The notes under the pieces: generated by a model
Database searches by the model: none
The model's input: only the letters and a program-made list of their open reading frames with translations
What the model was told of the DNA's origin: nothing
Translations under genes and position numbers: made by a program
Virus record (IMG/VR): IMGVR_UViG_3300020477_000990
Span: 264,150-328,149 of that record
Length of the DNA stretch: 64,000 nucleotides
Reading direction: 5' to 3' (one strand)
Part shown: positions 10,648 through 21,186 of the stretch, piece after piece
Position numbering within the stretch: the first letter of the stretch is position 1
Layout: every line of letters begins with the position of its first letter

Positions 10648-11201
10648 AAAAGCATTTCATTAGAAGAAACAACAAACCAACGGTATTATTAAACTCTGCA
10701 ATTACCTTTCCAGAAATTAGGTTAATTGATCCAGATGGACAATTTATTGGAATAGTTCGAAATCAAGAAGCACATCAAAAAGCCAGAGATGCAGGATTAG
10801 ATTTAATTTGTATTGCCGATAAGGCAAGTCCTCCTGTTTGCCGTATTATGGACTTTGGTAAATGGAATTATGAAAAACAAAAAGCCGATAAGGAAAAGAA
10901 AAAGAAAGAACGAGCTAATCGAATTGAATTGCATGAAGTACAATTAAGACCAGGAACAGATGTTCATGATCTTAAAGTTAAATTAAAAAAAGTACAAGAA
11001 TTTATAGATGATGGAGATAAAGTAAAAATGGTAATGAAGTTACGAGGTAGAGAAATTGGGCAAGGAACTATGTTTGTAGATCAATTAAAAGTTATGGTTG
11101 CTGGCCAATTAGAATTAGGTAAATTTGATTCTCCACCAAAGCAGTTTGGTAATAAAATTATTGCAACAGTTTCTAAACAAAATGAGAAAAAAAATGCTTG
11201 A
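10644..11201 (+). CDS. infC: translation initiation factor IF-3
   Basis: [20 protein letters not shown] and GDKVK motifs. Confidence 0.93.
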   Translation: MKKHFIRRNNKPTVLLNSAITFPEIRLIDPDGQFIGIVRNQEAHQKARDAGLDLICIADKASPPVCRIMDFGKWNYEKQKADKEKKKKERANRIELHEVQLRPGTDVHDLKVKLKKVQEFIDDGDKVKMVMKLRGREIGQGTMFVDQLKVMVAGQLELGKFDSPPKQFGNKIIATVSKQNEKKNA

Positions 11202-11231
11202 CAATAATCTAAATTATGTTATTATATTATT

Positions 11232-11564
11232 ATGAAACACAGTTCTAAACCAAGAAAGACATTCGAAATAGGAAAGTTTCAAGGTGATCGTCCTAATTGG
11301 AAAGATCGTAAAGATAGAAAACCAAGATATGAAAAACTTCCTGGAATGGCAGTTGCAGTTCAAGATAATAATGTTGAAAAAGCAATAAGACGACTTAAAA
11401 AAATGTTACAAAAAGAAGGTATGTTTCAAGAATTACGTGATAGACGATATTATGTTAAACCTTCTGAAAAGAAAAGAGTTGCAAAAAAAGCCGCAATAAG
11501 AAGAGCCAAAAGAGATAGAAAATTAGAAGAACTTGGTTTACCCCCAAAAAGATCAAGATACTAG
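11232..11564 (+). CDS. rpsU: 30S ribosomal protein bS21 with N-terminal extension
   Basis: VEKAIRRLKK..QKEG.FQELR.RRYYVKPSEK; TTGACA promoter at 11198. Confidence 0.92.
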   Translation: MKHSSKPRKTFEIGKFQGDRPNWKDRKDRKPRYEKLPGMAVAVQDNNVEKAIRRLKKMLQKEGMFQELRDRRYYVKPSEKKRVAKKAAIRRAKRDRKLEELGLPPKRSRY

Positions 11565-11568
11565 CATT

Positions 11569-12327
11569 ATGAAAGATAAGATTTCAAAATGGATCAAGGA
11601 TTATGCCTTGGACCATAATCGCAAAGCATTGGTTGTAGGAATATCAGGTGGAATAGATTCATCTGTAGTTAGTACTTTGTGTGCTATGACCGGACTACAA
11701 ACTTATGCAGTATCAATTCCAATTAATCAAATTGAATCACAACATGATTTAAGTATGGATCATGGATCATGGTTAGAAGAAAATTTTAAAAATGTTACAC
11801 ATCATAATATTGATTTAGATAGATTATATGAAAGATTTTATTTAGATATGATGTTTGATTTTAATAATGATATGGCTTTTGCAAATTCAAAATCAAGATT
11901 ACGAATGGTTACATTACATCAAATATCAGGAGCAACACAAGGTATAGTTGTAGGCACAGGTAATAAAGTTGAAGATTTTGGTGTAGGATTTTTTACAAAA
12001 TATGGTGATGGTGGAGTAGATATATCACCAATAGCAGATTTTTATAAAACTGAAATTTGGCAAATGGGCAAAGAATTAGGCATACTACAAGAAATTATTG
12101 ATGCTGAACCTACAGATGGATTATGGGAAGATGGAAGAACTGATGCAGATCAGTTACATGGATTATCATATGAGCAAATGGAACACGCGATGAAAAATGG
12201 ATCTGATAGTGAGTATTACGATAAATATTTAGAGATACGAAAACCAAACTTACATAAAATGAAAGAGATACCGGTATTTAAAAATGATAGAGCACAAACA
12301 TCTGATAGTAAGGGCAGAAGTAAATAA
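11569..12327 (+). CDS. nadE: NH3-dependent NAD+ synthetase
   Basis: GISGGIDS, SRLRM, GTGNK, TKYGDG, PTDGL. Confidence 0.95.
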   Translation: MKDKISKWIKDYALDHNRKALVVGISGGIDSSVVSTLCAMTGLQTYAVSIPINQIESQHDLSMDHGSWLEENFKNVTHHNIDLDRLYERFYLDMMFDFNNDMAFANSKSRLRMVTLHQISGATQGIVVGTGNKVEDFGVGFFTKYGDGGVDISPIADFYKTEIWQMGKELGILQEIIDAEPTDGLWEDGRTDADQLHGLSYEQMEHAMKNGSDSEYYDKYLEIRKPNLHKMKEIPVFKNDRAQTSDSKGRSK

Positions 12328-12652
12328 CCCACCAACAGATCAAAAATGGGCCCATACTTGGCTAACAGAGTTAGTGTCTAAAATTGGCATGGAAATATGC
12401 CAAGGTCCTATTACAACGTATGTAAATGTACCAGGTAATAGAGGCTTAACCGGTCTAGTAATTATAGAAACATCACATATAGCATTGCATTGTTGGGATG
12501 AAACTGATCCTGGCTTATTACAATTAGATGTTTATACCTGTGGAAGTTTGCCAACTGATGTTATATTTGAAGAAATTAAACAATTTGATCCTGTTAAAGT
12601 TGAATACAAATACTTAAATAGAGAACGAGGTTTAACAGAGATTAATATATAG
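12284..12652 (+). CDS. speD: S-adenosylmethionine decarboxylase proenzyme
   Basis: IETSHIALHCW and LDVYTCG (pyruvoyl cleavage site). Confidence 0.88.
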   Translation: MIEHKHLIVRAEVNNPPTDQKWAHTWLTELVSKIGMEICQGPITTYVNVPGNRGLTGLVIIETSHIALHCWDETDPGLLQLDVYTCGSLPTDVIFEEIKQFDPVKVEYKYLNRERGLTEINI

Positions 12653-12727
12653 GCGATTAGCTCAGTTGGTTAGAGCATTCCCTTGATAAGGGAAAGGTCG
12701 TAAGTTCGAGTCTTACATCGCCTACCA
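12651..12727 (+). tRNA. tRNA-Ile(GAT)
   Basis: Cloverleaf; anticodon arm TTCCC-TTGATAA-GGGAA; GTTCGA; CCA encoded. Confidence 0.95.
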
Positions 12728-12728
12728 C

Positions 12729-12804
12729 GGGTGATTAGCTCAGTTGGTAGAGCACCTCGTTTACACCGAGGGGGTCGTTGGTTCGAGTCCAGCATTACCC
12801 ACCA
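12729..12804 (+). tRNA. tRNA-Val(TAC)
   Basis: Arm CCTCG-TTTACAC-CGAGG; CCA encoded. Confidence 0.95.
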
Positions 12805-12805
12805 T

Positions 12806-12882
12806 GGAGTGTTAGCTCAACTGGTTAGAGCACCCGCCTGTCACGCGGGAGGTTGAGGGTTCGAGTCCCTTACACTCCGCCA
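12806..12882 (+). tRNA. tRNA-Asp(GTC)
   Basis: Arm CCCGC-CTGTCAC-GCGGG; CCA encoded. Confidence 0.95.
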
Positions 12883-12900
12883 TATAAATATTATAAAGCT

Positions 12901-13146
12901 ATGAAAAAAAATATTAATAATATAGAAGATTTAGATTTACGAACTTTACAAAAAGAAGCCGCAAGAGCTTTAGCATCACATATTGATGGTACTAATAATG
13001 GATTAGCAGAAATTAATAAAAAATGCCATCATAATTCTACTATATTTTATAAAGAAGTTATTAAACTGTATATTGATAAATTTGGCGATTTACCAAGCAA
13101 AACAGGACCAGGAAAAGAAGTATCATTAGTGTCCGATAAATACTGA
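12901..13146 (+). CDS. hypothetical phage protein
   Basis: ATG at 12901 after TATAAATA; the longer ORF call starts inside tRNA-Asp. Confidence 0.6.
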   Translation: MKKNINNIEDLDLRTLQKEAARALASHIDGTNNGLAEINKKCHHNSTIFYKEVIKLYIDKFGDLPSKTGPGKEVSLVSDKY

Positions 13147-13150
13147 TACT

Positions 13151-14203
13151 ATGCCATTAAGTCTTAATAATATAAAAAAGTTTGATATTGAAATTACAAA
13201 TAAATGTAATGCTAGATGTCCAGGATGTATTCGTACGGTAAATGGAGATACACACCCTTTGCTAAAACAAAATATTACTGAATGGTCAATGGAAGATTTT
13301 TCTAATTTAATTCCTAAAGATATTATTAATGGTAAAGAGTTTATATTTGGTGGCACAGTTGATGATCCTTTTATGAATAAAAATATCATACCAATTACAA
13401 AATATATTTTAGATAATGGTGGATCAATTGAAATACATACTAATACAGGAGCAAATACTGAAAAAACATTTAAAGAAATGGGAAGATTAAGTAAAGAGTC
13501 TGGAAGGCTATTAGTAATATTTTCTGTAGATGGATTTGAAAAAACAAATCATTTATATAGAGTAAATGTTAATTGGAATAAAGTTGTTGAAAATATGAAG
13601 GCATATACAATAGCAGAAGGCAACTGTGAATGGGAATATTTAGTTTTTGATCATAATTATGATGATATAGAGAAAGCAAGACGATTTGCAAATGATTTAG
13701 GAATAAAATTTATATTAAGACAAAATGTAAGAAACAATCATAGTTGGGTTAGTAAAAGCAAAGTAAAAGAAAAAGGTGAAATAGTAACTAAAGAGTTTGA
13801 AGTAAAAACAACCGATAAATTTAAACACCCTGAAACAGAAGAAGTAGTCAAATATAATGATAAATTAAAGGTTTCTAAAGAAGAAGGCCAAAGTATATAT
13901 TGTAAAATGTATCATGATAAAAGTGTATTTGTTGATTGGAACTATAAAGTATGGCCATGTTGTTGGTTTGCAACAGAAAATTTTGAACAGCATGAATATT
14001 TTCATATGTTGATTGATCAATTTGGAGAAACTTGGAATAGTTTAAGGTATCATACTTGGAATGAAATACTAGGCCATGATTATTATTCTAAATTATTATA
14101 TCAAAGTTGGAATGGTCAACAATCAGATTATTATAATCCTACTTGTTTTAAGCAATGTGGTGATAATGCATCTAGACAGAGTTATAAAAAAGAACAATTA
14201 TAG
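13151..14203 (+). CDS. radical SAM protein with C-terminal SPASM/twitch-like domain
   Basis: CNARCPGC, FSVDG, VWPCC, CFKQC. Confidence 0.88.
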   Translation: MPLSLNNIKKFDIEITNKCNARCPGCIRTVNGDTHPLLKQNITEWSMEDFSNLIPKDIINGKEFIFGGTVDDPFMNKNIIPITKYILDNGGSIEIHTNTGANTEKTFKEMGRLSKESGRLLVIFSVDGFEKTNHLYRVNVNWNKVVENMKAYTIAEGNCEWEYLVFDHNYDDIEKARRFANDLGIKFILRQNVRNNHSWVSKSKVKEKGEIVTKEFEVKTTDKFKHPETEEVVKYNDKLKVSKEEGQSIYCKMYHDKSVFVDWNYKVWPCCWFATENFEQHEYFHMLIDQFGETWNSLRYHTWNEILGHDYYSKLLYQSWNGQQSDYYNPTCFKQCGDNASRQSYKKEQL

Positions 14204-14239
14204 ACTTGACAAAAATATAATTGATGCTATTATTATATT

Positions 14240-14485
14240 ATGAACAATTTAGAAATACAAAATAAACAATTAGCTTATGCTTGTATAGATCGTTTAGGTG
14301 GAGAAGCAGAAGGATACGAAGTACGTAAACTTTCTGGAATAGAAGAAGATCCACGAATTAACTATAATGGCCTAAATACACAAATAGCCCTAAGAGGACT
14401 AGAAAAAGAAGGCATTATACATAGAACAAAACGAAATACAAGACAAGTTACTTGGCATATTACAAAGAAAAAAAGAATTATTTAA
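14240..14485 (+). CDS. small winged-helix-like protein
   Basis: ALRGLEKEGII.R wing pattern; promoter TTGACA at 14206. Confidence 0.45.
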   Translation: MNNLEIQNKQLAYACIDRLGGEAEGYEVRKLSGIEEDPRINYNGLNTQIALRGLEKEGIIHRTKRNTRQVTWHITKKKRII

Positions 14486-14570
14486 GTAATTTTAAAAAAA
14501 AGAGCTTTTTGGCTCTTGACTTTTTAAAAATAGTGCTTATATAATAATATACAACATTAGTTGTATAAAT

Positions 14571-14626
14571 ATATGTGTAGATTGCTATGATAGGATCTAC
14601 ATATTAAAACTTGCTTAAAGGAGGAG
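14571..14626 (+). promoter_or_regulatory. ROSE-like RNA thermometer
   Basis: Two hairpins, each pairing UUGCU with AGGA around a bulged G; the second contains the hsp20 SD. Confidence 0.6.
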
Positions 14627-14631
14627 TTAAA

Positions 14632-15075
14632 ATGACTAGAAATCTATCTATTTTTAATCAGTTACGTCCAGTAACTGTAGGGTTCGATAATATATTTGAT
14701 CACTTTGAAAGAATGTTTGACGGAGACGTTATGAACATTCCACAGGTTAATTATCCACCATATAATATCGTAAAGACAGGTGAAAACACCTACGATATTG
14801 AATTAGCATTAGCAGGATTCAGCAAAAATGATATTGATGTTGAATACGAGAATAATGTATTAACTGTAAAATCAATCAAAAAAGCAGAAACCGTACAAGA
14901 AGGAAACAATGGAATGTTACATCAAGGTATTTCCAAAAGAATGTTTTCTAAATCTTTTACTGTTTCAGATGATGTTGAAGTTAAAGGTGCAGAACTTAAA
15001 GATGGTTTGCTTAAAGTTTCTTTGGAAAGAATTATTCCAGAATCTAAAAAGCCAAGAACTATCAAAATTAAGTAA
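14632..15075 (+). CDS. small heat-shock protein Hsp20/IbpA family
   Basis: YPPYNI, ELALAGF, LKDGLLKVSL. Confidence 0.95.
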   Translation: MTRNLSIFNQLRPVTVGFDNIFDHFERMFDGDVMNIPQVNYPPYNIVKTGENTYDIELALAGFSKNDIDVEYENNVLTVKSIKKAETVQEGNNGMLHQGISKRMFSKSFTVSDDVEVKGAELKDGLLKVSLERIIPESKKPRTIKIK

Positions 15076-15103
15076 TTAACAGGAAAGGAGATATATTAGA
15101 ACC

Positions 15104-16996
15104 ATGAGTAAAATAATTGGTATTGACTTAGGTACAACAAACTCTTGCGTATCCATTATGGAAGGTAAGGGAGCCAAAGTTATAGAAAATGCAGAAGGTA
15201 CTAGAACAACACCATCTGTAGTATCGTTTGGAGATGAACGATTAGTAGGTACACCAGCAAAAAGACAGGCTGTTACAAATCCTACTAATACGGTTTTTGC
15301 TTCTAAACGTTTAATAGGAAGAAAATTTGATGGAGATTCTGTACAAAAAGACATACAGACATCACCATTTAAAATTGTAAAGGCGGAAAATGGAGATGCT
15401 TGGGTAGAAGCTAACAACGAAAAATACTCACCATCACAAATTTCGGCTTTCGTTCTTCAAAAAATGAAAGAAACAGCAGAAAAGTATTTAGGACAAGAAG
15501 TAACTAAAGCGGTTATTACTGTTCCTGCGTACTTTAACGATTCACAAAGACAAGCAACTAAAGATGCAGGTAAAATTGCAGGACTTGAAGTTGAAAGAAT
15601 TGTGAATGAACCAACTGCGGCGGCACTTGCCTACGGTTTAGATAAGAAAAAAACTGGTACGGTTGCTGTATATGACTTAGGTGGAGGTACTTTTGATATT
15701 TCTATTTTAGAAATAGGTGACGGAGTATTTGAAGTTAAGTCAACAAATGGTGATACATCATTGGGTGGTGAAGATTTTGACAATGCATTAGTAGATTATA
15801 TACTTGCAGAGTTCAAAAAAGACTCAGGTGTAGACTTAAGAAATGATAATCTTGCACTTCAACGTGTAAGAGAGGCGGCAGAAAAGGCAAAATGTGAATT
15901 ATCATCTGCAACACAAACAGATATTAGTTTACCATTTATTACTGCTGACAAATCTGGACCAAAACATTTAAATCTTAAATTAACAAGAGCTAAATTTGAA
16001 TCATTGGTTGATGATCTAGTTGATAGAACATTGCAACCATGTAAACAAGCTCTAAAAGATTCAGGATTTAGTGCTGGAGACATTAGTGAAGTTATTCTTG
16101 TAGGTGGTATGACAAGAATGCCTAAAGTTCAAAAAGCAGTTCAAGACTTTTTTGGTAAAGAACCAAATAAAAGTGTAAATCCAGATGAAGTAGTAGCAAT
16201 TGGAGCCGCAATTCAAGGTGGTGTATTACAAGGTGATGTTAAAGATGTGTTACTTTTAGATGTAACACCATTATCACTTGGTATTGAAACACTTGGAGGT
16301 GTATGCACGAAGCTAATTGAAAAGAATACAACTATTCCTACAAAGAAAAGTCAAGTATTCTCAACTGCTGATGATGGTCAAACGGCAGTTACTATTAGAG
16401 TAATGCAAGGTGAACGTGAAATGGCCGCTGATAATAAGTTACTAGGTAACTTTGACTTGGTAGGTATTGCATCTGCACCAAGAGGTGTACCTCAAATTGA
16501 AGTAACATTTGATATTGATGCTAATGGTATCGTAAATGTTAGTGCAAAAGACAAAGGTACTGGCAAAGAACAAAAGATACAAATACAAGCATCAGGTGGA
16601 TTAAGTGAAACTGAAATCGATAAGATGGTAAAAGACGCTGAAGCCAATAAAGAAGCAGATAAAAAGAAAAGAGAAGAAGTAGATGTTAAGAATCAAGCAG
16701 ATACAATGATTCATTCTACTGAAAAAACTCTTAAAGAACATGGCGATAAGTTATCAACAGAAGATAAAAAGAAAGTTGAAGACGACTTGACTGCATTAAA
16801 AGATGTAATATCTTCTGGAAATAGCGAAACAATTAAGGATAAAATTAAATCTTTAACTGAATCAGCTATGAAGTTAGGTGAAGCTGTATATAAAGATCAG
16901 CAACAACAAACATCTAATAATAATGAAAATGCTTCTAACGATGCAAAAAACAACGATAATGTTGTTGATGCAGACTTTGAAGAAGTTAAGAAATAA
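15104..16996 (+). CDS. dnaK: chaperone DnaK
   Basis: [24 protein letters not shown]-terminal VVDADFEEV. Confidence 0.98.
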   Translation: MSKIIGIDLGTTNSCVSIMEGKGAKVIENAEGTRTTPSVVSFGDERLVGTPAKRQAVTNPTNTVFASKRLIGRKFDGDSVQKDIQTSPFKIVKAENGDAWVEANNEKYSPSQISAFVLQKMKETAEKYLGQEVTKAVITVPAYFNDSQRQATKDAGKIAGLEVERIVNEPTAAALAYGLDKKKTGTVAVYDLGGGTFDISILEIGDGVFEVKSTNGDTSLGGEDFDNALVDYILAEFKKDSGVDLRNDNLALQRVREAAEKAKCELSSATQTDISLPFITADKSGPKHLNLKLTRAKFESLVDDLVDRTLQPCKQALKDSGFSAGDISEVILVGGMTRMPKVQKAVQDFFGKEPNKSVNPDEVVAIGAAIQGGVLQGDVKDVLLLDVTPLSLGIETLGGVCTKLIEKNTTIPTKKSQVFSTADDGQTAVTIRVMQGEREMAADNKLLGNFDLVGIASAPRGVPQIEVTFDIDANGIVNVSAKDKGTGKEQKIQIQASGGLSETEIDKMVKDAEANKEADKKKREEVDVKNQADTMIHSTEKTLKEHGDKLSTEDKKKVEDDLTALKDVISSGNSETIKDKIKSLTESAMKLGEAVYKDQQQQTSNNNENASNDAKNNDNVVDADFEEVKK

Positions 16997-17008
16997 TTAG
17001 CTATACAA

Positions 17009-17042
17009 AATCCCCGGTAATTTTTTTTGCTGGGGATTCTCT
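17009..17042 (+). terminator. hairpin after dnaK
   Basis: AATCCCCGGTAA / TTGCTGGGGATT inverted repeat. Confidence 0.65.
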
Positions 17043-17103
17043 TGAATAACGATAAATACTTTAGAATATAAGAATTAGTTTCCGAAAAGGGCTTTTAAGT
17101 AAA

Positions 17104-17667
17104 ATGGATTTTTTAAAAATAAAAAAACACGGGATATTTTTGAAATGGTGGTGGTTTTTCTGCTTATTATTTGCGGCAACCGTACTATTAATTAATTTTG
17201 AAGTACATGAATTACTATGGGATCAAGATAGAACCAAATTATCATTCTTTATTTTATCTATTTTCTATGCAATGACAGTACATTGTGGATATGAAAGTTG
17301 GAAATTAAGTAAATTAGCAAATGGAGATATAAAAAATCTTCCAAATTTAGATACAAGGCACGAACCAGGTTGGTTTGCATCTGACATTTTATTAACATTA
17401 GGTCTAATTGGAACAGTATCAGGATTTATTTTAATGTTAGCTGGGGCTTTTAGTGGAATTAATATTTCTGATGTATCATCAGTACAAACTGCATTAGCAA
17501 GAATGGCAGTAGGAATGTCAACAGCATTATATACAACGTTGACAGGTTTGATAACTAGTACAATTTTAAAATTTCAATATTTTAGATTAGATCAAGACTT
17601 AGAGAGGTATAGACAGAGACAGGCATCAAGCCTAATAGAACAGGTTGTTGAAAACCAAAAGGAATAG
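17104..17667 (+). CDS. MotA/TolQ/ExbB proton-channel family protein
   Basis: LGLIGTVSG and GMSTALYTTLTGL TM motifs. Confidence 0.85.
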   Translation: MDFLKIKKHGIFLKWWWFFCLLFAATVLLINFEVHELLWDQDRTKLSFFILSIFYAMTVHCGYESWKLSKLANGDIKNLPNLDTRHEPGWFASDILLTLGLIGTVSGFILMLAGAFSGINISDVSSVQTALARMAVGMSTALYTTLTGLITSTILKFQYFRLDQDLERYRQRQASSLIEQVVENQKE

Positions 17668-17670
17668 TCA

Positions 17671-18378
17671 ATGTCAAATTTACGTCGCCATCGTAGTTAC
17701 GGATCACAAGTTGCTTTTATAGATTTATTATTCAACACTCTTGTTGGATTTGTATTTTTATTTGTAATGGCGTTCATATTAATTAATCCAGTTGCTAAAA
17801 AATCTAATGTTGAATTAAATGCAGAATTTATTATTACAATGAAATGGCCGAAAAAAGCAGAAGATGATGTAGACCTTTGGGTAAGAGATCCTTTAGGAAA
17901 TACAGCTGGATTTAAATCTAAAGATGTTGGACTTATGAGTTTAGATAGAGATGATTTAGGTGGTGCCAATGATACAGTTATTGGTGCAGATGGTAAAGCA
18001 ATTAAAGTATATAATAATGAAGAGCATATGACAATTAGAGGAATTATACCAGGAGAGTATATTGTTAACGTTCACTTGTATGCCAAAAAAGCAGAAAAAC
18101 AAGTTAAAAGTAAAAGTAAATACTATCCTAGTATACCGGTAACTGTTACAGTAGAAAAATTAAATCCATACGGAATTGTAACAGTTAGAGAAATTATATT
18201 AACGAAAAAAGGACAAGAAATTACGGCAGTTAGATTTACAGTAGATGATCAAGGTAAGATTACGAACATAAATCAATTGCCATATCAAATGATTATTAAT
18301 CCATATTCTGGCACAGATGATGGAATTGGAAGTAGTCATGGAGCCGCGGCAAACACAGAATATTTTGGAGCACCATAA
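17671..18378 (+). CDS. MotB/ExbD-like single-TM partner with YfaP-like periplasmic domain
   Basis: AFIDLLF TM aspartate; DVDLWVRDP...LDRDD...GEYIVNVH. Confidence 0.65.
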   Translation: MSNLRRHRSYGSQVAFIDLLFNTLVGFVFLFVMAFILINPVAKKSNVELNAEFIITMKWPKKAEDDVDLWVRDPLGNTAGFKSKDVGLMSLDRDDLGGANDTVIGADGKAIKVYNNEEHMTIRGIIPGEYIVNVHLYAKKAEKQVKSKSKYYPSIPVTVTVEKLNPYGIVTVREIILTKKGQEITAVRFTVDDQGKITNINQLPYQMIINPYSGTDDGIGSSHGAAANTEYFGAP

Positions 18379-18380
18379 TT

Positions 18381-18947
18381 ATGATACAAGGGCATATATT
18401 TTTAGTACTACTTTTAATGATCATAGGAGCAACAGTTCTATGGACATTTATATCTTCATCTGGAAGTAAATGGAGTATAAAAGCAGTAATGACATTATTG
18501 GTTATATTAGCAATTTTAAGTTCTTGGGTTGGATTAAAAACAATGTATGGATATCCATACGATTCATATCCAAATCATGGAAAGTATTTTTTAATAGGCC
18601 AACACGTTAAAGAGCCAAATATTAAAACTGGTGATCCTGGAGCAATTTATGTATGGTTAATTATTAGAGAGGCCAATGAAGAAAATTTAACTTGGGTAGA
18701 TAAGTTAAGTGATCTATTTAATGGTAGACAACCGCGTGTTTATGCTATACAATATAATAGACAAATGCATGAAGAATTACAAAAGATTGATGAGGAAAGA
18801 AGAGGGCAACCTTTTCCGATAACTATTGCATCTGAAGAAGCAAAAGAAAGAGGCGAAGCACATCAAGGTAATGATCGTGAAGAAAGGCAAAAATTTGTAC
18901 CGTATGTTTTACCAGATACGGTTCTAATTGAAAAAAATGTAAATTAA
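18381..18947 (+). CDS. two-TM membrane protein, third gene of the motor-like operon
   Basis: Two hydrophobic N-terminal helices followed by GYP; starts 2 nt after the previous stop. Confidence 0.6.
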   Translation: MIQGHIFLVLLLMIIGATVLWTFISSSGSKWSIKAVMTLLVILAILSSWVGLKTMYGYPYDSYPNHGKYFLIGQHVKEPNIKTGDPGAIYVWLIIREANEENLTWVDKLSDLFNGRQPRVYAIQYNRQMHEELQKIDEERRGQPFPITIASEEAKERGEAHQGNDREERQKFVPYVLPDTVLIEKNVN

Positions 18948-18958
18948 AAGGATAAAAT

Positions 18959-19282
18959 ATGACAGAATCAGGTAACGCAAACGCATCAGCAAATATACAA
19001 ACAACAACTAGTGTTCAAACAGATTTAAATGAACCTAGCAAGTATAATGTTATTTTATTAAATGATGATTATACGCCTATGGACTTTGTTACTGATATTT
19101 TAACTACAATCTTTAGAAAAACAAAAGAACAGGCTGAAGCAGTTATGTTAAAAATTCATGAGAATGGTAAAGGCGTTGCCGGCAGTTATGTATTTGAAAT
19201 AGCAGAACAAAAAGCAATTGAAACTACAGCAAAAGCGAGGTCGCAAGGACATCCGCTTAATTGTACAGTTGAAAAAGAATAA
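18959..19282 (+). CDS. clpS: Clp protease adaptor ClpS
   Basis: YNVILLNDDYTPMDFV, IHENG, EIAEQK. Confidence 0.95.
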   Translation: MTESGNANASANIQTTTSVQTDLNEPSKYNVILLNDDYTPMDFVTDILTTIFRKTKEQAEAVMLKIHENGKGVAGSYVFEIAEQKAIETTAKARSQGHPLNCTVEKE

Positions 19283-19297
19283 TAATAAGGAATAAAA

Positions 19298-20293
19298 ATG
19301 TTTAGATTTTTTACCACCAGAAAATGGTTACTATGGGCCTGGCTAGGTTCAGCAATTATTTTAGGATCACTTTGGGTTCAAGTAAAAATTGATGTTAAAA
19401 TAAATGAATGGTTTGGTGTGTTTTATGATATGATTCAAAAAGCACTTGCAACACCAAATGCAATTACACTACAAGAATATTTTGCAAGTTTATTATCATT
19501 TATAACACTTGCAGGTATGTATGTTGGATTATATGTTTTAATAAGTTATTTTACAGCTCACTTTTTATTTAGGTGGCGTACTGCTATGGTTGAATGGTAC
19601 CATAGTGTTTATGATAAAGCACGTTCTATAGAAGGTGCATCACAAAGGGTTCAAGAAGATACAATTAAGTTTTCACGTATTATGGAAGGACTTGGTACAA
19701 GTTTAATTGAATCAGTTATGATTTTAATTCAATTTATTCCTATACTATTTGGGTTATCACTTGGTATTCCAATATTCTTTTTTGGTGATTGGCAATATGG
19801 TTTAATTACTGGTGCATTGATTTGGACATTAGGTGGTACTGTATTTTTAATTGGGCTAGGTTGGATATTGAGACTAGTTGGTGTTGAATATGATTTACAA
19901 AAACAAGAAGCGGCTTATAGAAAAATTCTTGTAATTGCTGAAGATGATGGAAATGTAAGACCGAAAAAAATTGAAGAATTCTTTGATGATGTTCGTAAAA
20001 TACATTTTAAAAGTTATCTGCGTTATCTATATTTTAATATTGGACGTATGGCGTACTTACAAGCGAATGTATTATCAGCTTATGTATTTTTAGCACCAGC
20101 CATTGTAGCAGGTGTTGTTACACTTGGTGTAATGCAACAAATTATAAGGGCATTTGGAAGAGTTGAAGGTTCAATGCAGTATCTTTTAAAAGCATGGCCA
20201 ACAATCATTGAGTTAGCAAGTGTTTATAAACGTTTAAGAGAATTTGAAGCTAAATTACCTAAAGAAAAAGATGATACACAACGAGTACATTAA
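19298..20293 (+). CDS. SbmA/BacA-like inner-membrane transporter
   Basis: FRWRTAM, IEGASQRVQEDT, EAAYRK. Confidence 0.9.
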   Translation: MFRFFTTRKWLLWAWLGSAIILGSLWVQVKIDVKINEWFGVFYDMIQKALATPNAITLQEYFASLLSFITLAGMYVGLYVLISYFTAHFLFRWRTAMVEWYHSVYDKARSIEGASQRVQEDTIKFSRIMEGLGTSLIESVMILIQFIPILFGLSLGIPIFFFGDWQYGLITGALIWTLGGTVFLIGLGWILRLVGVEYDLQKQEAAYRKILVIAEDDGNVRPKKIEEFFDDVRKIHFKSYLRYLYFNIGRMAYLQANVLSAYVFLAPAIVAGVVTLGVMQQIIRAFGRVEGSMQYLLKAWPTIIELASVYKRLREFEAKLPKEKDDTQRVH

Positions 20294-20822
20294 AGAAATT
20301 AGTACAAGTATTGATGATAGTTATAGATTAAAGTTAGTTAACTATGCTACCGAATTAGTATATCATGAAGGTATATCGTCGACATATACGGCAATACATT
20401 TTAGTCAAGAATTAGATATTAATAATGAATTATTAAAACCAATAGTTGAAGATTTTAAAAAAGCAGTTCCTGATGCATATAACTTAAATATTAGGTTTTT
20501 TAAATTTCCACCTTTTGGGTCACAGTTCCCTCATTCAGATTTTAGTATTGCTACATCAGAAAATGGAAGATCATTTTTAGTACCACTATATCCTGATCCA
20601 TCTTCAGATTTATATGCTCCATTATTATTTTGGGGTGATGATATTAAAAAAGTACCATATGATTGGTATAATGAAAGTAAAGCAAAATATGTAGTTCCTA
20701 AAATTAAAAATGGATATATAGTTAATATTCATAAAATTCATAGTGTAATGAATCATATACCACTACATAGATATAATTTACAAATAAGATTTAATACTAA
20801 CAATAAGGATATTTTAATATAA
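20271..20822 (+). CDS. 2OG-Fe(II) oxygenase-like protein
   Basis: PHSD...IHSVMN...RYNLQI (HxD..H..R). Confidence 0.55.
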   Translation: MIHNEYIKEISTSIDDSYRLKLVNYATELVYHEGISSTYTAIHFSQELDINNELLKPIVEDFKKAVPDAYNLNIRFFKFPPFGSQFPHSDFSIATSENGRSFLVPLYPDPSSDLYAPLLFWGDDIKKVPYDWYNESKAKYVVPKIKNGYIVNIHKIHSVMNHIPLHRYNLQIRFNTNNKDILI

Positions 20823-21151
20823 TGGAAAATGAAATAGATAAACCAAAATTAACAATATATGCTAAAATTGTTGAAAACTTAAAACAGGTTTATGATCCTG
20901 AAATTTCAGTCAATATATATGATTTAGGATTAATATATAATATTGATTTAGAAAGTTTGCCAAAAGCGACAATAACACATACTCTTACAAGTGCATTTTG
21001 TCCAGCGGCAGACCAAATTGTGGCCGATATAAAAGGTGCGGCTGAAACTGTAGAAGGAGTAGATGCAGTTGAAGTCATTACAACATTTGATCCACCTTTT
21101 GGTCCAGATAAAATGTCAGAAGAGGTAAAATTAGCTCTTGGCATTTTCTAA
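20822..21151 (+). CDS. DUF59/SufT/PaaD-like Fe-S maturation protein
   Basis: VYDPEISVNIYDLGLIY, LTSAFCP, FDPPF. Confidence 0.9.
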   Translation: MENEIDKPKLTIYAKIVENLKQVYDPEISVNIYDLGLIYNIDLESLPKATITHTLTSAFCPAADQIVADIKGAAETVEGVDAVEVITTFDPPFGPDKMSEEVKLALGIF

Positions 21152-21186
21152 TAAGTATAGTATAATATAGAGAAGGATTTAAAAAA

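Noticed and set aside
12853-12900. Extended N-terminus of the 12853 ORF
   Set aside because: It lies inside tRNA-Asp; the ATG at 12901 is more plausible.
17104-18378. Zorya defence system
   Set aside because: No long ZorA tail, no OmpA-like domain in the partner and no zorC/D/E genes.
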